Virus record (IMG/VR): IMGVR_UViG_3300045125_000071
Coordinates: 62,001-126,000 of that record
DNA: 64,000 nt
Reading direction: 5' to 3' (one strand)
Positions 22,362-35,240 of this stretch are shown here, piece by piece. Numbering within the stretch: the stretch's first letter is position 1; every line of letters starts with the position of its first letter. The notes under the pieces are model-generated. The model worked only from the letters and a program-made list of their open reading frames with translations, was not told the origin of the DNA and searched no databases. A program made the translations under genes and the position numbers.

Positions 22362-24178
22362 TTAATCGTTTAATATGTCTTTTATTTTAGTTTCCATTTC
22401 ATAAATATTCTTCTGTGCTTTTTCTATATTAAATAAATCAGATAAATTATTACCTTCGCCAAGAATATTCGTAAATTTATTTTTTGTTGATTCAGATAGT
22501 GGTGGTTCTCCCGTATCACCTGGCGGTGGTGCTGACATGGATGGACCCATTTCAGCACCTGGTGGTGCGGTTTCTTCACCACCAGTTTCATCGGCTTTTT
22601 TCTATCTTCTTCTGGTATACCATATTTTGAATCGACTTCATCAAATAATCTAGTTCTCTTAATTACATTCTGTGTGTTTGTTAATTCAAAACCAATAGCT
22701 CTTTCAAGTCTTTGTTGCTGTAAATCAAGAACTACTTCACTATCACTCATACCAAGTATATTCTTTTTAGCCCAAGTATGTGATACAGGTAATATACCTA
22801 TTTGTGATTGGTCAGATGTCGCGTCTTTATATAATGTTATTTTTTCCTTCCACTGTTCAATTTTTAACAAATCAGATTGTGATGATGGATTTGTTAATGC
22901 TAAAGTAAAATTACTTAATTCATCTTCAAGGCCTAATAAGTATAAATGAATTAACGCTATTTTATTTAATTCTTGTATTAATGATTTTTGTATTCTATTA
23001 ACAGTTCTTGCAAAACGAATATCCATCAAAGCTAATTGCTTACCATCACCAACAATTTCCTCAAAACCTAAAAACGCTTTTGGTATTCTTAATGCTGCTA
23101 GCATTTTCTTTTGAATATATTCAATATCCGCAATTTCACCCAAATTTTGAGCACCTGGTAAGGTATCTATTGGCGATGCCTGTGCTGGGTCACGAATAGG
23201 AATAAAGTAATCTTGGTCGATAGCCATTTGATTATAACGCATATCTACTTGACCATTTCTTGGGTCTTGTATAGGGTCTCTTTTAAACTTGTTTGCTACT
23301 CTTTGTACGTATGGTTCAATATCCTTATCGTCCATATTACCCACAAAGATTTTGAAAACTCTTCTTTCTGGTGCTCTCGATGTTCTATAAATTAACATCG
23401 CATCTTCAGCAAGAAGTAATTGTTTCCAAATCCTTCTGATTTTATCCAACATGGATGTACCATATGGTAGTTTTCTATCATCACCTAAAAGCCTGAAATG
23501 TGCTATTTCCCATGATTGAAATTCCATTTCTTTATTAGACCACTTGAATCTCAACTCACGACTAGGCATTGTTGTTTCAATGTTATTTGGCGTTTTTGAA
23601 GATGCTCCTTCCCATCTTTCAATTTCAATATTTGGTAATTGTTGACAACCAACAATACCTTCGTTTTGGTCTATCTTAAGATAAACAAAATTATCACCAT
23701 ACTTACACAAACCTCTCGTCCACATTTGTAGATTCGTATTGACATCTAATTTATTAATAAATAAATCTGTCAATATTTCTTTAACTCTATCCGACTCTGA
23801 ATATATTGATAATATTTCACCTTTTTCTGACATTGTTGTTGATTCTTCAGCATATATATCCAATGCTGCCGATATTTCGGGCGTGAACTCCATCGATTCA
23901 TAATCATAATACGCTGATAATCTATTTGGTTCGTAATAAACAGATTGATTATATAATGATTGGTCTAATTTCGTCCACTTATCTGCAATATATTGTGATT
24001 GTTGTGCTTGTAATAAAGCTTTTTCAAACTCCTCTTGCTTTGTGTTTTTAACAATTCATCTTTTCTAAAACTTACTTTTGGTACAGATTGCTGTTGTTCT
24101 CTGTCTTTTTTCATTAGGAAAACCAAATACTTGTGTAAGTTTTTGATATACTGTTAAATCTTTTTTAATATCTGCCAT
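22362..24178 (-). CDS. Portal protein, T4 gp20-like, frameshifted at both ends
   Basis: PEISAALDIYAEE, EDAMLIYRTSRAPERRVFKI.VGNM, DYFIP.R, IDTLPGAQNLGEIADIEY. Confidence 0.93.
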
Positions 24179-24230
24179 ATGTATAAATACCTTTTTATTT
24201 AATATAAAACAATTAATTTATATATTGTAG

Positions 24231-25436
24231 TTATCTTTTCCTACCAAATAACCAAGAATATTCTTTATACATCTCTTTAGTGTTATTCATTGGGTTATTA
24301 GCATGAAATAAACTATCATTTGTTTGTAATGCACCTAATGGGTCCATTGTTTGTCCATATGAATAAAATGATTTATTGACTTCATATGTTCTTTCAGATA
24401 ACATCCAGGAATCAATAACCGCCTTATTAACAGAATCTGTTCTTTCCAATTGATTAAAACACAAATCACCAGCATATAATGCAACGGATAAACTCATAAT
24501 AGAGTCATCATGCGCACCTTTCATGTGGTCTGGTCTACCATTTATATAGACAAATGTATTTAATTCGTTCAATAATCTACTTGACCTGATTTGAAATCCT
24601 TTTCTTAATTGTTCCTCAAATGCTGCAATAATTTGTGTTCTTTTATTATTGAAGTTGATACCAGGAATTTTTTCTAAAGTCTTTTTGTTGTATTCCCAAA
24701 TATTTTGAGTATTGATACCGTCGATGAATAAATTTTTATAATTCATTTCTTGCAACTTTCTAGATGTTGCAATACCCATACCACCTGTAATATCTATAAC
24801 AATAAAAGCATTACCATATAAAATACCCCATTTATATGCAATAGCGGCTAAATCATCTGGCGGTATTTTTCCAATATATTCAACAACTTGTTCTCTTTCA
24901 TCAAAATCAATTATATTAATAGAGGAAAAGTCTTCACTATCCCCTCTTGATACGTCGATTCCAGCAATATATCTATGACCTTGAATTGGTTCTTTCCATT
25001 GCCAAAATGTACCTTGCATATATTTTTCTTTCGGAACTCTAATCATGTTCTTGGCAATGTTTTCCTGTACATCATTTGGTATAACACCATCACCCGAACC
25101 TAAAAAGTCACAGTTATGTGATACAATATTATTTGTAAAATATAAATGCATTTCACCTGCGTCTACAATATCATAAACATCGCTTTCATATTCGTAATCA
25201 ATTATTTTTTCAATTGTAAAATACCCATCGTGTGATTTAATTAAATCTTCTTTTTTTACATTTTTTATTAATATCTCATTACCATCGAAATCAAATATTT
25301 TGTGATTATAACTTGCTCTTAATGTTAATCCATTAGTAAAAAATATTTCTCTTGTTTTCTTTTTCAATTTTTGTATACCCAAAAAGTCAACAAACCCTTC
25401 GGGTGATAATATTTCATATTTTGTATTAAGTTTCAT
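24231..25436 (-). CDS. terL: Terminase large subunit C-terminal (nuclease) half with N-terminal IntC split-intein fragment (25113-25436, 108 aa)
   Basis: IntC ends ...YFTNNIVSHN then CDFLGSG; downstream YIAGIDVSRG, HDDSIMS nuclease motifs. Confidence 0.9.
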   Translation of the reverse strand: MKLNTKYEILSPEGFVDFLGIQKLKKKTREIFFTNGLTLRASYNHKIFDFDGNEILIKNVKKEDLIKSHDGYFTIEKIIDYEYESDVYDIVDAGEMHLYFTNNIVSHNCDFLGSGDGVIPNDVQENIAKNMIRVPKEKYMQGTFWQWKEPIQGHRYIAGIDVSRGDSEDFSSINIIDFDEREQVVEYIGKIPPDDLAAIAYKWGILYGNAFIVIDITGGMGIATSRKLQEMNYKNLFIDGINTQNIWEYNKKTLEKIPGINFNNKRTQIIAAFEEQLRKGFQIRSSRLLNELNTFVYINGRPDHMKGAHDDSIMSLSVALYAGDLCFNQLERTDSVNKAVIDSWMLSERTYEVNKSFYSYGQTMDPLGALQTNDSLFHANNPMNNTKEMYKEYSWLFGRKR

Positions 25437-25463
25437 CTATTAAAAATTTTATACATTTTTCAA

Positions 25464-26588
25464 TTAAATTATTTGGTTTCTTTTTTTGTTGTATTCATCC
25501 GAATCAATTACAAGTAATTTGTAACCATGATTTGTATAAAATTGGTTTCTTTCATCGTCCTTATCTTTGTTATGCCAATATTTTCCATCATATTCAATAA
25601 TTTTATTTTTATATACAAAATCAGGAAAATATAATTTACCATCATTATGTAAAAAAATTTCTTTATTTAATTCATGAAAATAACAATTGTTCTTATCTGA
25701 TAATCTATTATATATTTCCCAAAATAATTCTTGTGAAATTTTAGAAACTCTTTTAGTTTTTAATTTTAAAATTCTTTCAACTTGACTATCAATATATTTT
25801 TTTCTTTTTTCTTCAAAATCATCACCATATTTTTTTATAAACCAATTAACACTATTCACTTTAAATTCAGTAATTTTGTCTCTATTAATTTTATAGTGAA
25901 CTTCCCATTCTTCACCATATTTTTCTTTGAACCATTCTTTTTGTGGATATTTTATTATTTTTTCATTAAAACATTTTTTACAATATTTGTTAAAATAGTT
26001 TTTTTCATAACTAAATAAACAATAATTTTTATTACATATCGGACATTTTAATTTATTAAAATCACCATTATAATCTCTTATAAATAAAACTCTTGATGGA
26101 AATTTTTTTGTGGGTGTATTTAAAATATCTAATGATGATGAATAATGGTATATTGATTTATATAATTTAGGATTTTTCGACATTATTTTTCTGTTTGTTG
26201 ATTTACCAAATATTTCATTATCAGAAAGACTTTTTTAAAATTTCTATCGTTTCTTCTAAAGAAAATATATCAACAGACTCTATTATTTGATTTTTTCTTC
26301 CCATCCAGTTTTAGCGGAATTTTTTGATTTTTTTACGAAATCATCTTTTTTTCTGTCAAAAGTTAACCATCTATCATCATATCTTAAAAGATTCAAATTA
26401 TTTTTATATTTTAAAAGAAAAATAACTCTACTTCTTAATGTTTTATTTACACAATATGTTTTTTCAATTTGACTTGTTAATTTATATATTTCTGTAAATA
26501 ATTCAGGGTATTTCATGTGGAATGACATACCAATTTTTTTATTTTCTAAATATCCAGTATCAATTATATCTTTAATTATTTTTTCCAT
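25464..26588 (-). mobile_element. Vsr/DUF559-like homing endonuclease between the two terminase halves (fragments 26283-26615 and 25464-26183)
   Basis: CPICNK...YCKKC zinc knuckle; YFPDFVYKNKIIEYDGKYWH catalytic motif. Confidence 0.75.
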
Positions 26589-26627
26589 ATTAATAAATAT
26601 TGAAGAATCACACAAAAGATAGTACCA

Positions 26628-27613
26628 CTACAAACTATTGTATAATTCTTCTATAGTCATATTTATAATTTCATTAGTTTCTTTATTTCTTACGGTAACA
26701 GTAGTCGAACCATCAACACATTCCAATTCTTGGGCAATTTTTCTTCTATCGTATTTAAATTTTTTAGACATTGATTCAAACCACGAAGAAAATGGTTTAT
26801 ATCCTTGCTCTTCGTATTCTCGATATTTTTCAATGTCAAAATCCCACAACGTAACTTCATCATCATTGTATAGTTCTCTATTTAACATATAATGTACAAT
26901 GTCATTACATTTTACCCATTTTAAATCTTTTGTATAACGAGGGTCTTTAAACCAACGTAAATCTGTTATATGAAAATCATTTATTCTTCTTATTGCTTGG
27001 TCATATACACCATAATAAATTGGGTCGTAGCCATTAGGTGTTGAAATAAGAATAATCTTACCACCAGTTGAAAGAGATGCCATAGATGCGGCCCAAAAGT
27101 CCTCACCAGCCTCAATATATGCAGCCTCATCAAATACTAGAATGGTTGGTGTATAACCACGAAGTGCGTCAGGAGAAGTTGCTACCGCCTTTACTTCACA
27201 ACCATTGTTTAATCTAAATCTACTTTCAGAGTTCTTATCTGGTGAAAAACCCACATTAATCCATTCTGGCCATTGGTCTAAAAAGTTTCTTATCTTGTTC
27301 GCCATTTCAATGGCGGTATCTCTTTATTCGCAATAATCAGAACTCTCTCAGGATTCTCAGGTTTTGCCACTTGCAATAGTTTTGATACCCATGCTGCGGT
27401 TACAGTTGTAACACCCGCTTGTCTATATTTTCTTGTTATATTTTCATTATATCTTTCATAATCATTAATGAGTTGTATCTGGTCAGGAAATAATTCTAAT
27501 GGTACATATCTTTTTTGCGTATTATCATATGTTTGCAAATATGTTCTTAATGCGTATGGAGTGTCTCTGATAATCTTCGCATATTCTTTTAATTGTTCTA
27601 ATTTTTGATTCAT
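26628..27613 (-). CDS. terL: Terminase large subunit N-terminal (ATPase) half ending in IntN split-intein fragment (26631-26720, 30 aa); one indel near 27325
   Basis: KYRQAG.TT Walker A, ILVFDEAAY Walker B, ISTPNG; ends QELE-CVDGSTTVTVRNKETNEIINMTIEELYNSL-stop. Confidence 0.9.
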
Positions 27614-27674
27614 ATATATAAATATAAAAAAAGTGGTCAAATTTGACCACTTTTGAAATTCATGATGTTTTTTG

Positions 27675-28935
27675 CTATTTAGATAAACCAATACCTAATC
27701 CTGCAAGCATGTTATTTATATCATCATCTGATGTTTTATCAGATAATTCTTTGATTAGTTTTTTAAATTCTGATTCTTCCTCAGTAACAGCGTCCTGACT
27801 CCTTAACCTTGACATATCATAGTGAAGCGCAGCCATTAACTTTTTTGATTCTTTACTGTCCGAGAATATTTCTTTATATAAAATCAAATATTCTTTAGTT
27901 GGTAAATTTGCTACGTTAGAAACCAAATAAAAAATAAATTTTCTTTTATCATCTTCAGTTCTTAATGATAATGGTAATTTAGAATAGAATTTTCTCCATA
28001 TTGCTGGACCTAATCTTATATCCCAAGTTTCAGCCTTTAAAGTATCTTCCAATCTTTTAGCTTCAACGTATGTTGGTTTATGCTGAGGTTTTCTTTTATC
28101 CCCAAGATATGACATTACACCTTTAATCCCTTCATGTATTAAAAATGGAAACACAACAGCTTCAGCCCAAACTTTTGGCGGTTTTTCCTTGTTGTGAATC
28201 CGCTCTTACCACCAGCACTCGCTTCATTTATAGATATTTTAGATTCTTCTAAACCCATTTGTGATTCTGACATTTGCCAATATCCAAATAACATAACTGA
28301 AGTAAAAAAACCATATTTTTCAATTATTTTATCATCACCAGTCAATTTTATTAATTCATCTTTAGAATTTTCATAAATCCAATGCCCATCAACAGATAAT
28401 CCATGTGTCATGGCATTCTGTATTCTCCTTTGCATTCTCTCCTCATCTAGATTAACTAAATCTTCAGCCAATTTTTCTTCCTTTTTTTGTAATTCCATTT
28501 CACTTGGCTCATCATCAATTTTAATTGACTCCCTATTCAATTTTAATTCTAAAACCAACGCTTGTTTTGGTATTCCAAAATAATCTCTTAATATCTTTTC
28601 TGCTAATTCTTCTAATTCATCTTTTTTATTGCTTTCTAAAGCTATTATTTCTTGCATAATTTGAAATGCTTTAGAAGATAATTCAAAAAACTTACCAGAA
28701 GTACCAGTACCAATATCACCAACACCAGTATATTGAATTAATTTTGAAAGTGCATTTTGATATTCATCTGATGCTAAAAATTCTTCATAATTTGAATAAT
28801 CAGTGTCTTTATGCTTTGGAAAATCTATTTTACCATAATCGGTATCCCTGGCTTGTAATTTTTTTCAACCTCAGGATTAGGACGACTTCCATGATAAAAT
28901 TTCATCGCTTCATTTTGCTCTCCGTGTTTTGGCAT
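27675..28935 (-). CDS. Conserved hypothetical protein, fragmented
   Basis: Consecutive fragments 28139-28657 and 27675-28154. Confidence 0.5.
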
Positions 28936-28936
28936 A

Positions 28937-29834
28937 TTATTTATTTTGGTTATAATAACGAATTAAATTATCTAATTTCATAAACTCAGGCATTTCAGAA
29001 TCACTTTCATATTTAGGTGCTTCATCTGGGTTTTCTCCTGGTGTTTTCCACGGGTCAAAAAATGGTTCATCATCGGTATCTGGATTTGGGTCAAAATCTG
29101 GCGATGTGTATGGTGCTACTTCAGGCGCAACTTCAGGTTCGGCAATAGCTGGACTTTGTTCATTTAACTTCAACCTGATTAAATCTAAAATTTCTTGTTT
29201 AGATGTTATAGGATGATATTCCATTTCAACTAAAGCGTTTAGCCAATTTCCAACTTCATGGTTTTCTCTTTTAATATTTTTCCACATTGCAGCAGCAGCA
29301 ACTTTTTTACCCTTTTCTTCGCTACCATATTTCTCAGCGGCTTTAGATGCTATTTTTTCAAAACCCTTACCTTTTTTACCAATATCTTTACCTGTTTTTG
29401 CGGCTTTTACTACTTCTGATTTTTTCTTATCTGTTAATCCAGCCGATGGTTTTTTCTTTTCTTCAACTGATTGCTTTTTAGATTTTAAAATTTTAAAATC
29501 TTGTGCATCAATTTTACCATTATGATTTTTATCTAATTTTTTTGATTACCTTTCAAATTCTCACTCACTTCTGCTTGTCCTTCACCAGTCGTAACAACCA
29601 TACTACCATTTGGCTGTAATGATACTGTGCCGTCTTTAACACTAACACCCTGTCCCTTTTGTTTATTGGTATTAACTTCTGATGGTGAGTAAACAGTTTT
29701 TTAACAACAGATTGTGTTGCTTCATTAAGCATTCTTGATGCTAATGCGTTAATTTGTTTATCACTAAAATTTGCTAAAGTTTTCTCAGTCATACCTTCTT
29801 TGACCAATCTTTTTATAATGTCTTTACGATTCAT
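28937..29834 (-). CDS. Hypothetical protein, fragmented
   Basis: Fragments 29565-29834 and 28937-29287. Confidence 0.45.
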
Positions 29835-30232
29835 ATGTCATTAATTTTAATTTCTTGATTTATTAAAAAATAATTTCTTTCTTTCAATTTTCTTGAAACA
29901 TTTTCAATTGTTTCACCAAAACGAAAATAAAGTCTGTCTTCCTCTAATTCATTATCATACTTTTCCCACGCCAATGAAACAATACCATCAACAGCATCTA
30001 TAACACCAAAATAATCAGAGTTTTGTATCAACTCTAATTGTAAATTAGTATCTTTTAATAAACCTACTGCATTTATATATTCTATATCTGGTGATAAAGA
30101 TTCTAATGAGGAGGATGCGGGTATTGTAAACCAACCATCTATATCAAGTTCGGTAGATTTACTAAAAACAAATTCATATTGTTTTTGTCCTTTATAATCA
30201 ATACCGATTTCATTGACATATATGAGTTTCAT
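29831..30232 (-). CDS. Hypothetical protein
   Basis: Intact 133-aa ORF. Confidence 0.65.
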   Translation of the reverse strand: MKLIYVNEIGIDYKGQKQYEFVFSKSTELDIDGWFTIPASSSLESLSPDIEYINAVGLLKDTNLQLELIQNSDYFGVIDAVDGIVSLAWEKYDNELEEDRLYFRFGETIENVSRKLKERNYFLINQEIKINDI

Positions 30233-31265
30233 TTATTTGAAATATTTACCCAAAGTTTCATTAACGCTTTTTGCGATTTGTTTCTTAATTTCATCCATAT
30301 CTATTTCAACAACCTCTTCTTTTTCATCAGCCATACCTTCAGTTTCTTTTATAGCATATGTCGCAAGGTCGTCAGTCCTCATTCATGTCATAAGAATTAT
30401 CAGAAATAAATCTTTCTAGTTTCATCATAGGGTCATCTATTTCACCTAAATCTTCCTCAGGTTCTTCTGGTTCTTCTTCTGGTACCTCTGGTTCTGCTGG
30501 CATTTCTTCACCACTTTCAATACCCTCTTCTTCCCTTTCAAATTTTTTTACCGATTTCTTCTAAATCTTCTAAATCTAATTTATCTAAATCAACAGCAGA
30601 AATAATCATATTAAGAACATACTTAATATCGTCACTTTCCATTTTTCGCCCTGGTCTCTAATTTCTTGACCTAATTTCCCAGCATATTTTTGTATTTCCG
30701 CCATATAATCGGACTTCTTAGCAGCTTCAGACTCACCACCTTCGGAACCGATACCTTCTGGTTCTGCAGGCATTTCTTCACCACCCATATCATCTACTGG
30801 CGGCATTTCGGCTGGTACATCAGCAGATGGTATGTCACCTCCTGGTGGGGGTGGCATTTCATCAGATGGTGGCGGCATAGGAGCGTCCATTTCAGGTGCT
30901 GGGGCAACGCCCTCTTTGGGTTTTTGTTTTAAAACATATTTAGTTGCTTCCTGTATTTGCTCTTGACCTTTTAATAATTCTAATCTTTTTAATGCCTCAG
31001 CATATGAAGAAAATTTATTTTTGTTCTTCATAAACATACCACCGATATAATCTAAAGATGATTCATTAATACCTTTTTTTACATAATATTCATCTTTTTC
31101 TTTAACGATACCGTATACGCCGCCAGAATTAGATTCTTTTACCAATTCTGCTTTTGTATTTTTATTTTTTGCATTATCTCTATTGTAGTATGTTAACTCT
31201 AGAATTCTTTTTAACTTTTCATCAGAATTCAATTTTTCACTACCTAGCGGTTTGTATTCTCCCAT
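30213..31265 (-). CDS. Acidic, Pro-rich hypothetical (probable head-associated) protein, frameshifted
   Basis: ORF 30606-31265 plus downstream continuation. Confidence 0.5.
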
Positions 31266-31333
31266 TTTAGTTTTATTAATTAAAATTATTCTTATCTAAT
31301 AAATACATAGATAATATAAAAAATATGTTATTG

Positions 31334-32074
31334 TTACTGTTTAAGCGATAATTTTTTGTCTATTGAATGGTTTTTTAAATTTATTAATTTTTCAATTGTA
31401 CCATTTCTTCTCAAAAGTTTAAATGTTAAATTTTCATATGAAAACTCACCATTTTTAGTTAAACCACTTTTTCTGAACTTAGAAAGTTTTTTTAATAATT
31501 TATCTACACGCACACTTATATCTTTTTGTTTAGATAATTTTAATAAATTTTCATATTGTAAAAAAATATCGTCAGCTTTATCTAAAATTTTTTTGTCATC
31601 TATATTTGCCTTTACTTTTATTGGTTTTCTCACCCATTTATTTCTTAATACCGAATAAATACCAGAAGCGGTATGTGTTTCATTCACATCCTGAACATAA
31701 ATCTCAACCTCAAAATTTTTAATTTTTATATCGTGTGTATTATTCCATGACGATTTTTTAGCTGCAAAAAATTCTTTTAATAATTCTAAACTATATTCAC
31801 TATCTTCAAAATCGACTAATATATGTAAATCAACATCCGAATACTCTGACCACATATAATTAGATAAAGAACCTGTTAATATTATATCATGAATAAAAAA
31901 TTCAATCCCAAGATATTCTAAAAAATTATCTGATATTTTTAATAATTTATTTCTAACATCTTCATGCATTTTTTGATTTTTATCAAAAATAGAATCAGAT
32001 AATGTACTCCTAATATCAAAAGATTGTATTATATTTTCATCTTCTTTTGTGTATTCTTCAAGTTCTTTATTCAT
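31334..32074 (-). CDS. Pol-beta-superfamily nucleotidyltransferase-like protein
   Basis: LTGSLSNY...SDVDLHILVD (GS + DxD) and VEIYVQD third Asp strand. Confidence 0.7.
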   Translation of the reverse strand: MNKELEEYTKEDENIIQSFDIRSTLSDSIFDKNQKMHEDVRNKLLKISDNFLEYLGIEFFIHDIILTGSLSNYMWSEYSDVDLHILVDFEDSEYSLELLKEFFAAKKSSWNNTHDIKIKNFEVEIYVQDVNETHTASGIYSVLRNKWVRKPIKVKANIDDKKILDKADDIFLQYENLLKLSKQKDISVRVDKLLKKLSKFRKSGLTKNGEFSYENLTFKLLRRNGTIEKLINLKNHSIDKKLSLKQ

Positions 32075-32316
32075 TTTACTTTTTGATATTGATATTTTCT
32101 CGCTATATTAACATTAAAATATTTTCCCTGGGATTCTGCTATTCTTAATTTAACAAACACTTCCCATGGAACATCTTTGTATAAATAAATACTTTCATTA
32201 ATAAATGTGATAGTCAAGTCTTTAGTTTCTGTATCATATTTAGCACTCTTCAGATTTGTTGAATTAATATCAACCTCTATTGTTTTTCCTTCAATACGTT
32301 CAGATAAAATTGCCAT
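32071..32316 (-). CDS. KTSC-domain protein
   Basis: INSTNLKSAKYD...L.ITF...Y.Y.DVP....L..AES.GKYFN..I. Confidence 0.85.
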   Translation of the reverse strand: MAILSERIEGKTIEVDINSTNLKSAKYDTETKDLTITFINESIYLYKDVPWEVFVKLRIAESQGKYFNVNIARKYQYQKVK

Positions 32317-32355
32317 AATATATTTTTTATATAATATAAATAATTAAAACAAAAT

Positions 32356-32385
32356 AAAAAACCCCTCAATTAAAAGGGGTTTTTT
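32356..32385. terminator. Intrinsic terminator-like hairpin
   Basis: aaaaaacccct-caattaaa-aggggtttttt. Confidence 0.65.
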
Positions 32386-32576
32386 ATTATTCTATCGGTA
32401 TTAATCTTTAACAGATATACATAGTTATTATTTTTATATGCGAATATTATCAAAATATTTACCAAATTACTAATATATGACATTATGTCAGCTATATCTA
32501 AAAAATTATGACATAATGTCTTACTTGATTTTGTTGATTTTTTTGTTATGTTTGTAATATTAAAATCAAATAAAAT

Positions 32577-34592
32577 ATGTCTGTAGATTATTTTGAGGAA
32601 GGACAAACTATGAACCCAAAAAGAGTGAAAAAAGTTCATCAACACCTATTCTTGATACATTTTCAAGAGATTTGACAAAATTAGCTGGAGAAGGTAAAAT
32701 AGACCCAGTTGTTGGTAGAGATAATGAAGTTAAAAGAATTGCACAAATTCTTTCAAGGAAAAAGAAAAATAATGTTGTAATTGTTGGTGACGCTGGTGTT
32801 GGTAAATCCGCATTGGTTGAAAAATTGGCATTAATGATTCATAAAGGTGATTGCCCAACCAACCTCCTAGATAAGAGAATCGCTTCTTTAGATTTAACGT
32901 CATTGGTTGCTGGTACAAAATATCGGGGGCAATTTGAAGAGAGGATTAAGGCAATTTTGAATGAATTGGTTGAAGCACCAAATGTTATTGTTTTCATTGA
33001 CGAATTACATACTATGGTTGGCGCTGGAAATGCTAGTGGCGCAATGGATGCTGCAAATATTTTAAAACCAGCATTAGCAAGAGGTGAAATTCAATGTGTT
33101 GGAGCAACAACATTTGATGAATATAAAAAACACATTGAAAAAGATAGTGCGTTGGTAAGAAGGTTTCAAAATTAATACTCAAAGAACCAACAATAGATGA
33201 AACCATAGAAATTCTAAAAAATTTGAAAAAAACATATGAAGAATTTCATAAAGTATCCTATCAACCAGATGTTATTGAAACAACTGTGAAACTCTCCCAT
33301 AGATATATTACCGATAGACAATTTCCCGATAAAGCCATAGATTTATTAGATGAATTAGGTTCGGAAAAGAAAGTAACAAGTAAAATACCAGAATCAATTG
33401 AATTATTAAAAAAGAAGTTGAAGAAATAAAAAGAAAAGAAACTGCACGTTGTTAAATCTCAAAATTATGAACAAGCGGCAAAATTAGAGAGATGAAGAAA
33501 GAAAAGTTCTAAAAAAATTAGAACAAGAAAAACAAATTGGGAATCAAAGTCAAAAGAAAATAAGAAGCCAATTAGTATTGATGATGTTTATGAAATGATA
33601 AGCACTAACACTGGTGTACCAATCAACAAATTGGATGCTAAAGAAAGTAAAAAATTATTGGAATTAGAAAAAGACATTACAAGAAAATATTATCGGTCAA
33701 GACGAAGCTATTAATCTTATTTCCAAAGCAATTAGAAGAAACAGGGTTGGTATTAAAGATTATAATAAACCAATTGGTTCATTTGTTTTTCTTGGTTCAA
33801 CTGGCGTTGGTAAAACACATTTAGCTAAAACATTAGCACAAGTTTTATTTGGAGATAAAGACAAAATCATAAGAATTGATATGAGTGAATATATGGAGAA
33901 GCATAATGTTTCTAAATTAATTGGTGCACCTCCAGGTTACGTTGGTATATGATGAAGGGGGCAATTAACCGAAAAAGTTAAAACAAACCCATTTTCGGTC
34001 ATTTTATTAGATGAGTTAGAAAAGGCACACGGAGATGTTTATAATATTTTATTACAAATTTTAGATGAGGGGCATTTAACAGATCTTTTGGTCGAATGAT
34101 TAATTTCACAAATACACTCATTATCATGACATCAAATGTTGGTGCCAAAGCGGTATCTGATTTTGGTGATGGTATTGGTTTTCAATCCTCAACAAGTAAC
34201 AAACAGAATTACGAAGTTAAAAAATCAATTATTCAAAAATCATTAAAAAACAATTTAATCCAGAATTTTTAAATAGAATAGACGATATTATTTTATTTAA
34301 TTCTCTTGATGAAAATGTTTTGAAAAAAATTATTAATATTGAAATTGATAAATTGTTAAAAAGATTGAATGAAAAAAATTATAAAATAACGTTTGATAAA
34401 TCGGTAATAAACAGAATTTTTGAATTAAACAGTGAAGAACAATATGGTGCAAGACCAATAAAAAGAATTATTCAAAATTTATGTGAAGATTTTATTAGTG
34501 AAGAAGTATTAAAAAATAACATTAAAGAAAATCAAGAAATTATCATTAAATACAAAAACGATAATTTATTTATACAAAAAGTTGATAAATAG
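32577..34592 (+). CDS. ClpC/ClpB-family AAA+ ATPase lacking the N-terminal Clp domain; multiple indels
   Basis: [40 protein letters not shown]-like [33 protein letters not shown]. Confidence 0.88.
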
Positions 34593-34766
34593 TTTGTCTT
34601 TTTGAAATTTTTTATATATTTATATTTTCAAGGGCAGTCTTTGCCGTATGCTCTTTTCGTTTAAAATTACAAAGTGGTGTTGAAGCCACGCATGACCTTA
34701 AAAACCCTAACACCTAGTTGGGGTTTTTTATTTTATTCAAAAACACTATATTTGTAAAAAAGAACT

Positions 34767-35183
34767 ATGGTGAAAATTTATCTCGATGATGTTAGAGTTC
34801 CAGTTGATAAAACGTGGATTGTTGTTAAAAACTATGATGAATTTGTATTAAAAATAAGATATATTGGTTTAGAAAATATACAATTAATTTCTTTAGACCA
34901 TGATTTGGGTAAGCAAGCAATGCAAGAATACTATAATAATGTACAAAATAATTACACATTAAATTATGATAATATCGTCAATGAAAAAACTGGTTATGAT
35001 TGCGCAAAATTTTTAGTGGAACAAAGCATTGACAAAAATATACCGCTACCTAAAATCCAGGTTCATTCAGCAAATCCAATAGGTTCTGCAAATATTATAG
35101 GTTATGTAAATAATTATTTGAAAAATTGTAGACTACCACAAACTTGCGATAGGGCTATTGTTCAACATTTTATAAACTATTGA
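34767..35183 (+). CDS. Cyclic-phosphate-processing receiver (cREC)-like protein
   Basis: IYLDDVR.P, ISLDHDLG, KTGYDCAKFL, VHSANPIG. Confidence 0.75.
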   Translation: MVKIYLDDVRVPVDKTWIVVKNYDEFVLKIRYIGLENIQLISLDHDLGKQAMQEYYNNVQNNYTLNYDNIVNEKTGYDCAKFLVEQSIDKNIPLPKIQVHSANPIGSANIIGYVNNYLKNCRLPQTCDRAIVQHFINY

Positions 35184-35240
35184 CGCTCTTTAATAGTTTA
35201 ACCCTATTTTTTGAAAAATTCGCACTAAAAACGCAAAACC

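Noticed and set aside
17145-27613. Stop-codon reassignment as in some jumbo phages
   Set aside because: Long conserved genes (capsid, CCA enzyme, 9925-11298) read through cleanly in the standard code, and the breaks are frameshifts, not in-frame stops
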